64,000 bases of DNA from an uncultured delta proteobacterium (GCA_963789265.1 CAWBKB010000001.1:2496001-2560000); one strand, 5' to 3'; counted from the first letter of the stretch, positions 31,919 through 42,406 are shown. Notes: generated from the sequence alone by a model not told the origin. Made by a program: numbers and translations.

Positions 31919-32049
31919 TTGTTATACCCTTCCTGTTGTGCACAACATCACTTATTCTCCTATTCGTGAATGATATCATCACTCTTACGAGAGCCACCGA
32001 AAGGCGCGCTAAGTTCCTTAAGAGAAGTATCACCCATCTTTCTTTTTTG

Positions 32050-32805
32050 TCAAATCATCTTTCCGTAGGTTTCACGGACTCTTTCCAGGTCTTCCAGCGT
32101 ATCTACCTCTATGGAATCTTTATCTGTAATCACGACCTTAATGCGAAATCCATTCTCCAGTGCTCGGAGTTGCTCCAGATGTTCGGCACGTTCGAGAAAG
32201 CCTTGCGGAAGTTTTGTAAATGTCTGAAGAAAATCGTTGCGATAGGCATATATGCCGTGATGCTTGAAGTAAATGGGACGCACTACGGACCCTCTGAAGA
32301 AAGGTATGGTGGATCTGGAAAAATAGATTGCAAACCCTTCACAATCCATCACCGTCTTAACGGCATTGGGGTGGGTAATTTCTTCCTCCCTGACTATCTC
32401 ATATATCAGGGTGCTCATGGGGATCGCATCATCCGCCAGCAATGGCTGCACCACTTCTTCAATCATAACGGGATCGAACAGCGGCTGATCGCCCTGGATA
32501 TTGACTGCAATGTCTTGAGCTTCGAGTCCTGTGTCGCGGGCTGCCTGGGCGATTCGGTCGGTGCCCGACTGATGCTCCGTGGACGTCAGTAGAGCTGACC
32601 CGCCGTGTTCTTGAACGGCCTTCAGGATATCCTCCGAATCTGTTGCAACATATACTCTTTCCAGAAGTGCGGATTTGAGTGCCCGTTCGACTACCCGCAT
32701 AATCATAGGTTTGCCATGAATGTCTGCCAGGGGCTTCCCCGGGAAACGTGTGGACTCGGCTCTCGCGGGAATAAATCCGACTATTTTGCAGGAATTTTGA
32801 GGCAT
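32050..32805 (-). CDS. kdsB: CMP-Kdo synthetase
   Basis: IPARAESTRFPGKPL, VATD, SGTDR, NIQGDQP, YFSRS.IP, LEQLRALENG. Confidence 0.96.
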   Translation of the reverse strand: MPQNSCKIVGFIPARAESTRFPGKPLADIHGKPMIMRVVERALKSALLERVYVATDSEDILKAVQEHGGSALLTSTEHQSGTDRIAQAARDTGLEAQDIAVNIQGDQPLFDPVMIEEVVQPLLADDAIPMSTLIYEIVREEEITHPNAVKTVMDCEGFAIYFSRSTIPFFRGSVVRPIYFKHHGIYAYRNDFLQTFTKLPQGFLERAEHLEQLRALENGFRIKVVITDKDSIEVDTLEDLERVRETYGKMI

Positions 32806-32875
32806 TACTTCAGATGTTCACGACCTCCCGACACAAAGCCGTCCAGCACTGGCGCATTTGCAGAAATTATGTGGC

Positions 32876-34081
32876 TCACAGAATCTCTTCCGCGGCTGCC
32901 TGCAGCTCCATGATCATTCTTCGTATTCGCTCTTCGTCCATTTGCAGAGAAACCGGCAGGACCACTAATTTTTCCAAAATGGCTGAACTCTTTGGCAGCA
33001 TATCTTTTGAATAATTGGCCTCTTTTCCGTAAATAGGGCCGGCAAAAGGGTAAGGCCCCGGCCAAACGGTCTTGCGCCGGATCAAGTGCTCCCAATTTGG
33101 CGCAAAATGCCAGAGGTTGTTCTTGAAATAGATCGCATTCAAACCCTTTTCAGTAATACTTTTGTGAAAAGCCGACGCCATATCTCCATCGGGTAAGAAA
33201 AAACATACGTGAGTATAACTATCCTTTCCATTTTCCGGCAGGTCCCTGACGGTTATGCCTGGAAAACTCTCCAGAGCTTCTCGAATAAGTTCCTGATTTT
33301 GTTGCTGTCGCTGAATCATATCGTCCAGTTTGCTCAATTGGGCTACACCGATGGCCCCCTGCAATTCATTCATGCGATAATTGAAGCCGAAAAAACTCCT
33401 GCCTTCAAGCGCTCTTCCTACTTCCGGATTGTGGTCGTGACCGTGATCCGCATATTCGGATGCTCTCAGGTAAAGTTCGCGGTCATTGGTGATGACCATG
33501 CCGCCCTCTCCAGTGGTGATGGTCTTATAGAAATCGAACGAAAACGTCCCCATATCTCCCCATGTTCCCAATTTCTTGCCGCCGACCGCTGCCCCCAGGG
33601 CTTGGGCCGTATCTTCGAGGACCTTGAGATCGTGTTTGCGTGCGATCTGGATTATTTCTTGAATCCGAGCCGGTGCCCCGAGCATGTGGACCGGGATGAC
33701 CGCTCTTGTTTTGTCCGTGATTTTCTTCTCAAAGTCCAACGGGTCCATGTTCAGGGTCCGGTCGATCTCGGTGGGAATAGGAACGGCACCCGACTCGATT
33801 ATCGCTTCGTAAGTGGCGACAAAGGTGAAGCCCTGGGTTATCACTTCGTCACCGGGTCCAACTCCCAGGGCTGCAAGGGCCACCCGCAAGGCCGATGACC
33901 CCGAAGTAACCGCGTGGGCATAAACAGATCCGGTATATTGTGCGAACTTGTCCTCGAATTCCTTGACCTTAAAGAAACCCTTGCGCTCATTCTTGAATTC
34001 GTAGCGGAAGAGGATCCCTGTTTCCAAGACGTCCTGTATCTGTTCTTTTTCCGATTCTCCCATCCATTCGTATCCAGGCAT
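32876..34081 (-). CDS. kdnA: DegT/DnrJ PLP aminotransferase, KdnA-like (8-amino-Kdo transaminase)
   Basis: SFDFYKTITTGEGG; MPGYE..GE.EK N-terminus, DHGHDH and WH..NW.H recall Shewanella KdnA; lies between an Fe-ADH and kdsB. Confidence 0.7.
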   Translation of the reverse strand: MPGYEWMGESEKEQIQDVLETGILFRYEFKNERKGFFKVKEFEDKFAQYTGSVYAHAVTSGSSALRVALAALGVGPGDEVITQGFTFVATYEAIIESGAVPIPTEIDRTLNMDPLDFEKKITDKTRAVIPVHMLGAPARIQEIIQIARKHDLKVLEDTAQALGAAVGGKKLGTWGDMGTFSFDFYKTITTGEGGMVITNDRELYLRASEYADHGHDHNPEVGRALEGRSFFGFNYRMNELQGAIGVAQLSKLDDMIQRQQQNQELIREALESFPGITVRDLPENGKDSYTHVCFFLPDGDMASAFHKSITEKGLNAIYFKNNLWHFAPNWEHLIRRKTVWPGPYPFAGPIYGKEANYSKDMLPKSSAILEKLVVLPVSLQMDEERIRRMIMELQAAAEEIL

Positions 34082-34217
34082 GAAACCTCCTCAGCTATTA
34101 GCCACACGGCGCCCCTAGTCCGCCGTTAGAAAACTGACTTTTCTTTGTGCAACGGAAGATCTCGGGTTGTTTCGCCCAGAGAAAAAAAGTAACTACTCAA
34201 AACGCATGATTGACTCT

Positions 34218-35381
34218 TCACGCGAAAGCGAGCCTGTATATACGCTCAGCTTCTTTTTTACCCAGTTTCCTCGGATTGTTCTCAACAGGTCGGGTTACCT
34301 TCAGCGCTCCCTCTACCAGGATCGGGATGTCTGATTCAGGAACACCGATTTCAGACAAGAACGCGGGGATTCCAATATCGGAAGAAAGCGTCCGTACGGC
34401 CTCGACAGCGGCGGCAGCAGCCCATCGACTTGGAAGTCCTTCCACCGGCTCTCCCATGCTCCGTGCTATGAGCGCAAATTGCCGCTCAGCGGCCGGAAGG
34501 TTGAACTCCATGACATGCGGAATCAAGATGGCGTTTGCCAGCCCGTGAGGTATCCGGTAGTTTCCGCCAAGAGGGTACGCAAGAGCATGTGCGGCTCCAA
34601 CGCCTGCATCGGCCAAGGCCAGCCCTCCAAGAAGACTGCCCATCAGCATGTTTTCCCTTGCCTGGATGTCGCTACCGTTAAAGACCGCCCGTCTCAGATT
34701 TTCACCGATGAGTCGGACGGCAGTTAGGGCCAATGCCTCAGTAAATATGGTTGAAGACCGACTGGTCACAGATTCTACCGCGTGAGTCAGGGCATCCATC
34801 CCGGTTGCCGCTGTGACATCAGGCGGAAGCGAGACCGTAAGATCAGGATCGAGCAATGCTACATCGGGAAAGAGGAAAGGACTATTGATCCCACCTTTCG
34901 CTTTGGTCTCCCGATTGGTGAAAACGGCCGTGAAAGTGACTTCCGATCCGGTCCCTGCTGTGGTGGGAATCATGATCGTCGCGGTGCTCGGCAACTCCAC
35001 CTTGTCCAGGCCGATGTAATCCTCAGCCTTTCCGTCATTGGTGACAAGAGCCGCCGCGGCTTTAGCCGTATCCATTGCAGAACCGCCACCCATTCCAACT
35101 ACAAGGTCTGCTTCAATCTCACGCCCGATAGCCGCCGCATCATCAGCATTGTCCAGGTAAGGTTCGGGTTCAACTTTCAGAAAAGTCTTCCCGTACAGGC
35201 CCGATTCGGTCAAAATCTTGCGAGCCGTTTCCAACGTGCCGACGTTCTCCAAAGCCGGGTCCGCGACCAAGAGGAATGACCTTGCGCCCATGTCACAGGC
35301 CAATTCCCCGAGACTAAGGATTGCGCCTCTGCCAAAGAATACTTTGGTCTTGATTTGGAAATTTCTTATTTGCGCCGGCAT
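34218..35381 (-). CDS. Iron-containing alcohol dehydrogenase (KdnB positional equivalent)
   Basis: GGGSAMD, PTTAGTGSE, GMDALTHAVES, HALAYPLG...PHG metal ligands. Confidence 0.9.
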   Translation of the reverse strand: MPAQIRNFQIKTKVFFGRGAILSLGELACDMGARSFLLVADPALENVGTLETARKILTESGLYGKTFLKVEPEPYLDNADDAAAIGREIEADLVVGMGGGSAMDTAKAAAALVTNDGKAEDYIGLDKVELPSTATIMIPTTAGTGSEVTFTAVFTNRETKAKGGINSPFLFPDVALLDPDLTVSLPPDVTAATGMDALTHAVESVTSRSSTIFTEALALTAVRLIGENLRRAVFNGSDIQARENMLMGSLLGGLALADAGVGAAHALAYPLGGNYRIPHGLANAILIPHVMEFNLPAAERQFALIARSMGEPVEGLPSRWAAAAAVEAVRTLSSDIGIPAFLSEIGVPESDIPILVEGALKVTRPVENNPRKLGKKEAERIYRLAFA

Positions 35382-35538
35382 TCAAACCTCGGCCGAAGTG
35401 ATAGTGCGCCAAAAAGTTTTCAGGTTATATCAGAAATCCTGTGTGCGAGCAAGCACCGAAACGGGGCTTACATTTCCTCCCGGGCTATGATATGAAAAGA
35501 AGTTTCAGAGAAATTACGTGGATCAGGAGGCATCCCGC

Positions 35539-37062
35539 GTGCTGGAAGTTCTTACCCGGGGATTCCGAGATGTTCGACAATTCTTCCAAGGACAGCGCAC
35601 ACTTACCGAAGAAAACCTTGGCGAAGCGCTGAGCATGATTCGCGTCTCGCTTCTCGAAGCGGACGTTGAATTTCAGGTCACTCGCTCATTTCTGGAACGG
35701 GTCAAGGAACAAGCCCTTGGGCAAATAGTACAGGTCCAGGTCAAACACAGAGACAGGAAGCTTCGCGTATCCCCCGGCGATCATTTCATAAACCTTTGTC
35801 ATGAAGAACTGGTACGCCTCATGGGGCCGGCCGATTCGGCTCTGAACCTGCACTCGAAACCGGTCAGTTCGGTGATGATGGTCGGCTTACAGGGCTCCGG
35901 CAAGACTACCACAGCGGCTAAGCTGGCTCTGTACCTGACCAAGGCGGGCAAGAAGCCCATGCTTGTGGCCGCTGACGTGTACAGACCCGCAGCGGTGGAT
36001 CAGCTCGTTAAGTTAGGGTCGGATCTCGACATTCCGGTTTTCGTTGACGGAGGAGCCCATCCTCCCGAGATTTGCGAACGGGCCGTCCGAGAAGCTGCTA
36101 CGCAGGAGCGCGATGTCGCGATCTTCGACACGGCAGGACGGTTGACTGTAGATGAACCACTTATGGAGGAACTTCATCGGATTGAGGAGCTGACATCTCC
36201 CGACAACGTCTTGCTGGTCTGTGACGCCATGATCGGCCAGGAATCGGTGAAAATTGCCAAGGCGTTCAATGAGAAGATCCGGCTTACGGGATTCATTCTT
36301 ACCAAAATGGACGGCGATGCCCGTGGGGGGGCGGCGATATCCATCAAAGAGGCAACTGGAGTCCCCATCAAGTTCGTCGGCATGGGAGAAGCTCTTGAGC
36401 GTCTCGACGAGTTTCGCCCTGACGGGATGGCTTCCAGAATTTTGGGATTCGGAGACGTCGTCGGCCTGGTGAAGGATTTCGAGGAGGTCGTAGACGAAAA
36501 AAAGGCCGAAGAAGACGCGATGCGTATGCTTCAGGGCCATTTCGGTCTGGACGATTTCCTCAGCCAGATTCGCGCTATCAAGCAGATGGGGCCTTTGCAG
36601 GACCTTGTCGAGAAGTTGCCTTTCTTTTCGGGAGGGCTTCCTGATTCGGCCAAAGTGGATGACTACGAGTTGGTACGCATCGAATCGATAATCAATTCGA
36701 TGACCCTTGCGGAACGAAAGAGACCTGACGTCCTTAACGAGAGCAGAATACGCCGTGTTGCCAAGGGAGCCGGCCGCAAAGAGACTGAAGTCAAAGACCT
36801 TTTGACCAAGTTTAAGGACATGCGGGACCTAATGGTCGCTGTCGGTGGCGGCAAGATCCGGGGACGCTGGAAAGGGCTCAAGGGAATCAAGAAAATGTTT
36901 GCGGGAGGCATGGGACTTGATGACTCGGCGTCCGGGCCTGCTAATCCATTCGGCCTGCCTGAAGTCAAGAAAGGAAAAATGTTCTCCAAAAAGTCTATTG
37001 AAAAGAAAAGAAAAAAAAGTAAACTGGCACGCCAGGCAAGAAAGAAGGCTAAGAAGCGTTGA
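35539..37062 (+). CDS. ffh: Signal recognition particle protein
   Basis: LLEADV, GLQGSGKTT, DVYRPAA, DTAGR, TKMDGDARGG, SRILG.GD, SMT..ER; GTG start behind AGGAGG. Confidence 0.93.
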   Translation: MLEVLTRGFRDVRQFFQGQRTLTEENLGEALSMIRVSLLEADVEFQVTRSFLERVKEQALGQIVQVQVKHRDRKLRVSPGDHFINLCHEELVRLMGPADSALNLHSKPVSSVMMVGLQGSGKTTTAAKLALYLTKAGKKPMLVAADVYRPAAVDQLVKLGSDLDIPVFVDGGAHPPEICERAVREAATQERDVAIFDTAGRLTVDEPLMEELHRIEELTSPDNVLLVCDAMIGQESVKIAKAFNEKIRLTGFILTKMDGDARGGAAISIKEATGVPIKFVGMGEALERLDEFRPDGMASRILGFGDVVGLVKDFEEVVDEKKAEEDAMRMLQGHFGLDDFLSQIRAIKQMGPLQDLVEKLPFFSGGLPDSAKVDDYELVRIESIINSMTLAERKRPDVLNESRIRRVAKGAGRKETEVKDLLTKFKDMRDLMVAVGGGKIRGRWKGLKGIKKMFAGGMGLDDSASGPANPFGLPEVKKGKMFSKKSIEKKRKKSKLARQARKKAKKR

Positions 37063-37240
37063 GCGACACCCATGCACTGCACTTTGAGTGATACAGCTTT
37101 AGCCCGAAATTACAGCCGCTTCAGCGGGTGTCCGGAGGCACCGTGTGCGGTGGCTGCAACAAGCGGTAATTGGAAATGCGTGATTTTTATTGATTTTACC
37201 ATAGGGCTCGATTCGAGTCCAAAAGCCGAAGGAGGTCAGG

Positions 37241-37777
37241 ATGCTGCTGAAGCTGTTTGGAATGATCGTCTTAGGTCTAATAAGTGCAACTCTTAGTTAT
37301 TACAATAAAAACTACTATGTGGGAGTATTCAACGATATCCTGGGAAAAGAGGAAGATGAGAAGGCAGTCTTGCGGGTCGGACGAGGCTTCATCTACGGCT
37401 TCTTCTTTCCGATTTATCTGATTCTAATCGTTTTAGGGCTCATCGCACTCGCCCTCTTTCTCGTTGCAGCCGGCATAATTGCTGCAATAATTTTCGTACT
37501 GGTCTGGCTCACGGAAAACATTTTGCCTCACGAATGGTTCGGCAATCTGCTCCTCAAACTCTACACCAGCGTGGGGCTGGGTAGTGCCAAAGCCGCGCCA
37601 CCTGCCGCGCCACCTGCCGCGCCGACCGAGGTTTCCGTTCCATCGCAGCCGACCACTCCCATGCCTTCTCCTTCCGCGACACCCGCCTCGGGCGCTCCCT
37701 CCCCGGAAGTGGAGAAAATGGGAAGCAAACAAGAGGAGCCCGGCATTAATGTGACGCGTAGGCACTCGCTCGACTGA
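37241..37777 (+). CDS. Membrane protein with Pro/Ala-rich C-tail
   Basis: Hydrophobic helices, AAPPAAPPAAP tail, GGAGG RBS. Confidence 0.75.
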   Translation: MLLKLFGMIVLGLISATLSYYNKNYYVGVFNDILGKEEDEKAVLRVGRGFIYGFFFPIYLILIVLGLIALALFLVAAGIIAAIIFVLVWLTENILPHEWFGNLLLKLYTSVGLGSAKAAPPAAPPAAPTEVSVPSQPTTPMPSPSATPASGAPSPEVEKMGSKQEEPGINVTRRHSLD

Positions 37778-37933
37778 TCTGGCGCCGTCCCGGTTCAGTC
37801 TCGAAGAACGGAAAAGCGAGGTTTCCGAAGGTGGCTGCCATTTTTGTCGATTGCAGCGATTCTCAAAGGTAGCGGCCCATGCAAAGAACATGATTTGGAA
37901 CAACGGACATCTTTAACTGGCGAGTGCTGGAAG

Positions 37934-38125
37934 CCCATAGGCGCAAAAATAGCGTCGCGGGCAGCGGATTTTCCCCCCTTTCTCAAAGAGGGGCAGGGGG
38001 GATTTTGGGTTAACCTATTGAAATCCCCCTATATCCCCCTTTACAAAAGGGGGACTTTGACGGCCCATGGGCCATCTGATGTGCGTACCACCTGGAACAA
38101 CCATCCCTAATTTAACGCCAATATG
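37934..38125. repeat. MITE-like element: imperfect outer inverted ends enclosing a CCCCCTTT-N-AAAGGGGG palindrome pair
   Basis: CCCATAGGCGCAAAAAT / ATTTAACGCCAATATG; inner TCCCCCCTTTCTCAAAGAGGGG and TCCCCCTTTACAAAAGGGGGA. Confidence 0.6.
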
Positions 38126-38215
38126 TTGGAAGCTGCCGCACCAGTCTATATTCGGCGCCGGCATGCACGCCTATGAGTACAAAATTGATAACCATACAGA
38201 ATCCACCTTGGCTCT

Positions 38216-38713
38216 TCAAAAAACGATCACCGTAAGCCGCGCCGGGCCGTGCACACCGATGGTGAGCGTCAATTCAATGTCTGCTGTTCTGCTGGGCCCG
38301 GTTTCCAATGTAACATTGGTGGGAGGCGAATCGCCTAAGGTGGAGAAGAAATCGTCCAGATTCTCGTATATGTTTTCCGAAGATACAATTGCAACGTGAT
38401 GCGGCGGCAAAAGGCCTGCTTGAACCACTTTCCCCCCCTGACTGGAACAGACCAGACTGCCGGTCTCTGCTATTGCGGCGGAAACCTCTTCCACACAGAC
38501 ACCGGCTGAAGCATAGTTCTCCGTGCGTTTGTCCGGGGGCAACTGAACGGCCTTCTCCTTTTCTGTGACAACCGGGCAGAAAATGGATTCCGCCTGATTG
38601 AGAATCGTCTCGAGGGCATGGTTCAGTTCTTCGTAATCTTTCACGCGAATAGGTTCCGCGGCCACTTTGGCGGCATTCTTGATGAAGAGATCAATAAGTT
38701 CGTCCCGCGTCAT
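38216..38713 (-). CDS. lutC: Lactate utilization protein C (LUD domain)
   Basis: AIAETGS, LLPPHH, TGPSRTADIE...GVHGP. Confidence 0.92.
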   Translation of the reverse strand: MTRDELIDLFIKNAAKVAAEPIRVKDYEELNHALETILNQAESIFCPVVTEKEKAVQLPPDKRTENYASAGVCVEEVSAAIAETGSLVCSSQGGKVVQAGLLPPHHVAIVSSENIYENLDDFFSTLGDSPPTNVTLETGPSRTADIELTLTIGVHGPARLTVIVF

Positions 38714-40074
38714 GAGAGCCTCCGCCTGAATGTTGTATCAACGGGCCGAGGCAGGCGATCGAGCGTATCCGTCGCTCCTAACTTTTTTGCTACAGGCCAC
38801 ATATAGTGTGCAGCGGTCTGCCCCAGATGAAAAAGGAATGGAGATTCGACGGCCTTGCCGAAACCGGCCATGCCTGTTTGCTCACTCTTAGGGGTAAACC
38901 CTTCTTCTACCCTTCGTTCACGCAACTTGCGCAGGAGCTGGGGGAGCGGCACCTTCACCGGGCAAACATCGCCGCAGGCTCCGCAAAGGGTAGTCGCGTC
39001 CAGGAGCGGGTGAGCCGTCTGCATTCCTTCCAACAGATTGGTCAACACGATTCCCATGGGCCCCGGATACGTCGAGCCGTACGCATGCCCTCCGACTAAG
39101 CGGTAAACAGGACATGCGTTCAAGCAGGCGCCGCACCGGATACACTTGAGCATTTCGCGATATTTACCTGTGACTATTTTGGATCTGCCATTATCCACAA
39201 GTACGATGTGCATCTCCGCTGCACCCGTCGAATCCCCGGGCTTTCTGGTTCCGGTAATCACCGACATGTACGTGGTCTGCACTTGGCCTGTGGCAGATCG
39301 AGGAAGCAGCCTGATGAATTTGGGCAAATCTGCAAGAGACGGGATCATCTTTTCGATTGACAATACGGCAATATGGAGCGCCGGTAGAGAGGTGCACATG
39401 CGCCCGTTCCCTTCATTTGTGAACAGAACGATGCTGCCTGAGTCGGCTACCGCGAAGTTCGCGCCGGATATTCCTGCCTTAGCAGACAGGAATTCCCCCC
39501 TGAGGATTTTTTTTGCAATTACAGTGAGAATCGCCGGATCGTCCGAGTACTCGCATCCCAGCTTTTCGGCGAAAAGCTTCCCCACTTGCCTGCGATCCTT
39601 GTGAATTGCCGGGACAATTATGTGAGACGGCCCTTCCCCGGCGATCTGTATAATGTATTCGCCCAGGTCGGTCTCCACCGCTGTGATTCCCTGTTTCTCC
39701 AGGAAGTCATTGAGGTGGATTTCCTCGCTGACCATGGATTTCGACTTCACTACCTTTTCGATCCGATGGTCTTTGAGTATGGAGGCAATTAGCTCTCTGG
39801 CTTCCGGAGCGTCTTTCGCTCTGTGAACCCTGGCCCCGGCTCTGGCGGCATTCTTTTCGAAGCGATCAACATAATCCGACAGGTTGTCGAGAACTCTCAA
39901 ACGCAGAGCCGAAGCTTGCTCGCGCCATTCTTCGAGGGGCACCCCGGAGATCGCTTCCGCTCTCTTTATTGTGAAGGTCTCCGTTGCATTGCGCATCGCA
40001 CCTCGAAGAGCATCGTTTTTCAGGGCCAGGGCCGCATTGGCTCGAAAAGGTATGCTCGTTGTAGAGAGGCTCAT
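38710..40074 (-). CDS. lutB: Lactate utilization protein B (Fe-S)
   Basis: KSKSMVSEE, ETDLGE, PSHIIVPAIH, NEGNGR, CIRCGACLNACP, LCGACGDVCP. Confidence 0.95.
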   Translation of the reverse strand: MSLSTTSIPFRANAALALKNDALRGAMRNATETFTIKRAEAISGVPLEEWREQASALRLRVLDNLSDYVDRFEKNAARAGARVHRAKDAPEARELIASILKDHRIEKVVKSKSMVSEEIHLNDFLEKQGITAVETDLGEYIIQIAGEGPSHIIVPAIHKDRRQVGKLFAEKLGCEYSDDPAILTVIAKKILRGEFLSAKAGISGANFAVADSGSIVLFTNEGNGRMCTSLPALHIAVLSIEKMIPSLADLPKFIRLLPRSATGQVQTTYMSVITGTRKPGDSTGAAEMHIVLVDNGRSKIVTGKYREMLKCIRCGACLNACPVYRLVGGHAYGSTYPGPMGIVLTNLLEGMQTAHPLLDATTLCGACGDVCPVKVPLPQLLRKLRERRVEEGFTPKSEQTGMAGFGKAVESPFLFHLGQTAAHYMWPVAKKLGATDTLDRLPRPVDTTFRRRLS

Positions 40075-40825
40075 GTCAGACCCTCCGCAAGCACTGCCGC
40101 TATATGTTTGACCTTGACGGCACTGCCCCGTCGCTTGATTGCATCGGCGATACTCATGAGACAACCATGGTCGCAGCCGGTGACCGTTTCCGCGCCGGTT
40201 GCCAGAATTGTGTCCACCTTTTCGTCCGCCAGAGCCATCGAGACTTCAGGAAGTTTGACCATGAAGATCCCTCCGAAACCGCAACAACGGTCCGCGTGGG
40301 GGAGATGAACAAATTCCGCTCCCTTGAGCGATTGCAAAAGTAGCAGCGGTTCTTCCCTGACACCAAGCTCTCGGGTGAGCTGACAGGAGGCGTGGTAGGT
40401 GATCTTCCCTTTTCCGGAGAGGTTAGCTTCGTGAACTTTCAGAAACGTGGACAAGGAATTGGCTCAGTTCGTAAGTCCGGACTGCTATGGCTTCCGCCTT
40501 TGAGCGCATCCGGGCATCATCCCGGAACAGGTCGGGATAATGATTCTTCACCATGGAAGCACACGACCCTGATGGAATCACAATAGGATCGTTGCTACCC
40601 TCAAACACGGAAATAAAATGTTCTGCAGCTTTTCCTGGACTCACGTCTATATCCCCCACTGTCCGCCGGTTTTCCGCAGCAAGTCTGGCCCTTGGGATAA
40701 GTCACTTCCACACCGAAGTGGTTCAGAAGACGAACTGTGGCTTCGCCTGTTTCGGGAAACATTGTATCGATCAGGCATGTGCCGAATAGTTGAACACGCA
40801 TCAAGACCTCCGTGGGCTTAGACAA
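40071..40825 (-). CDS. lutA: Lactate utilization protein A (two CCG domains); +1 frameshifts near 40631 and 40444
   Basis: FGTCLID, QTCCGKP, PSGSC, YHASC, CCGFGG, D.GC spread over three ORF pieces. Confidence 0.9.
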
Positions 40826-40956
40826 ACTCCTAGAGGCGTCCGGTACAGCCCGCTGACTATTCAGCGGGCTACCGGCATAGTATCATGTGTGCCGCTTGGC
40901 TCCGCTTTACTATTTTTTTTACCGACTTGCTCTCAAGTAGGTGGTGCCGTGTTCCT

Positions 40957-41064
40957 AGTGGGACAGGCATCCTGCCTGTCGTCATGCCCACGTACACGGG
41001 CATCCAGACTGGACCCAGGATCGGAACCCTAGGTATCGAATGGCAGGCAAGATGCCTGCCCCAC
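40957..41064. repeat. REP doublet (REPIN-like) with a second repeat type nested inside
   Basis: GTGGGACAGGCATCCTGCCTGTC ... GGCAGGCAAGATGCCTGCCCCAC enclosing GTCATGCCCACGTACACGGGCATCCAGACTGGACCC. Confidence 0.8.
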
Positions 41065-41173
41065 TTTATCCTGTCTAAGATTATCACTTGTTTGACGGTG
41101 CAATGCTATCAGAACGCTACAGAAACGTGTCACAATTTTCGGACGAGCCCGTGTAAGCCCCTCTGGAACAGAG

Positions 41174-42136
41174 CTATGTGTTGCAATTCAAGCAATTGGG
41201 AGGAATCTTTCCCGCCAATCCTGCGATGAGGTTTTCAGCCGCCAACCAGGCCATCTTGGTTCTGGTTTCAATTGTAGCGCTGCCTATGTGAGGAAGCAGC
41301 ACGACGTTGTCCAGATCGGTAAGCCCCGGGCTGAGTTCAGGTTCCCTTTCATAAACATCTAACCCGGCGCCGGCTATCTTGCTCGCCTTCAATGCCCCAA
41401 CAAGAGCCTCTTCATCGACCACCGGCCCTCGGGCAGCGTTGATCAGGAAGGCGGTCGGCTTCATGAGTTCGAGTTCATTCTGCCCTATCAAATGCCGAGT
41501 CTGCTCGGTCAACGGCACGTGAAGGGAGACAAAATCGGACTCGGAAAGGAGGATTGCCAGGTCAACATAAGTGATCCCGAGTTCTTTCTCCTCAGTTTCT
41601 GCGATTCTGTGACGACTGTGATAGAGGATGTTCATGCCAAAGCCGCTTGCACGGCGAGCCACAGCCTTACCGATTTGCCCCAATCCTACTATACCGAGCG
41701 TCTTCCCACTCACCTCGGAGCCAAGGAAAAGGAATGGAGCGAGGTACTTGAATTTGCCCCTTCTCACACGCGCGTCGCCTTCGATGAGCCGTCGTGAGAC
41801 AGCAAGAATCAGCGCGAACGTAAGATCCGCGGTAGCATCGGTCAGAACACCGGGGGTATTGGAAACCCGCATTCCCCGCGCTGTGGCAGCATGAATGTCA
41901 ATATTGTCGTATCCCACAGCGTAATTGGCAATCATCCTTAAATTAGGGGCACGGTCCATCAATTCGGCATCTATCCTATCCGTGAGTATGGAAATTAGTC
42001 CATGTTTGTCTGTAATATTGGCCAGGATGTCCTCCCGCGGCATGGGCTGGTCCAACTCGTTGGCAACGACTTCATGGTCGGCTCTTAGCATAGCTATGAC
42101 AGCTTCAGGAAGCCTCCCGGTTACAAGAATCTTCAT
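41174..42136 (-). CDS. D-2-hydroxyacid dehydrogenase (glyoxylate reductase / D-glycerate dehydrogenase type)
   Basis: AVGYDNID, NTPGVLT.ATAD, GLGQIG, INAARG, GLDVYE.EP, PHIGSAT. Confidence 0.92.
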   Translation of the reverse strand: MKILVTGRLPEAVIAMLRADHEVVANELDQPMPREDILANITDKHGLISILTDRIDAELMDRAPNLRMIANYAVGYDNIDIHAATARGMRVSNTPGVLTDATADLTFALILAVSRRLIEGDARVRRGKFKYLAPFLFLGSEVSGKTLGIVGLGQIGKAVARRASGFGMNILYHSRHRIAETEEKELGITYVDLAILLSESDFVSLHVPLTEQTRHLIGQNELELMKPTAFLINAARGPVVDEEALVGALKASKIAGAGLDVYEREPELSPGLTDLDNVVLLPHIGSATIETRTKMAWLAAENLIAGLAGKIPPNCLNCNT

Positions 42137-42211
42137 TCTCGCCTTTCCCCCTTCTCCGCATATTAATATGCAAGATCAAAGTATCAGCTTGAGGCAACAG
42201 CTCCCGCGAAT

Positions 42212-42371
42212 TATAGCAACAAATTTCCACTGTACGGAAGGTGCCTGGGGAAAGTCGTCATTCCCGCGTACGCGGTCCCCGCGCGACGCGGGACAGACTG
42301 GACCCCGGATCGGAGTCCGGGGTGACGGTTTCGTCCTCGAAAATCGGACAAAATTTATGACAATTGCTATA
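42212..42371. mobile_element. MITE-like element with TATAGCAA...TTGCTATA ends
   Basis: Inverted TA-terminated ends; internal GTCATTCCCGCG...CTGGACCCCGGATCGGAGTCCGGGGTGAC; right end homologous to 51801-51830. Confidence 0.65.
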
Positions 42372-42406
42372 AACCGGAACCTCTCATGGCAGGAGTCAGG
42401 ATTCAC

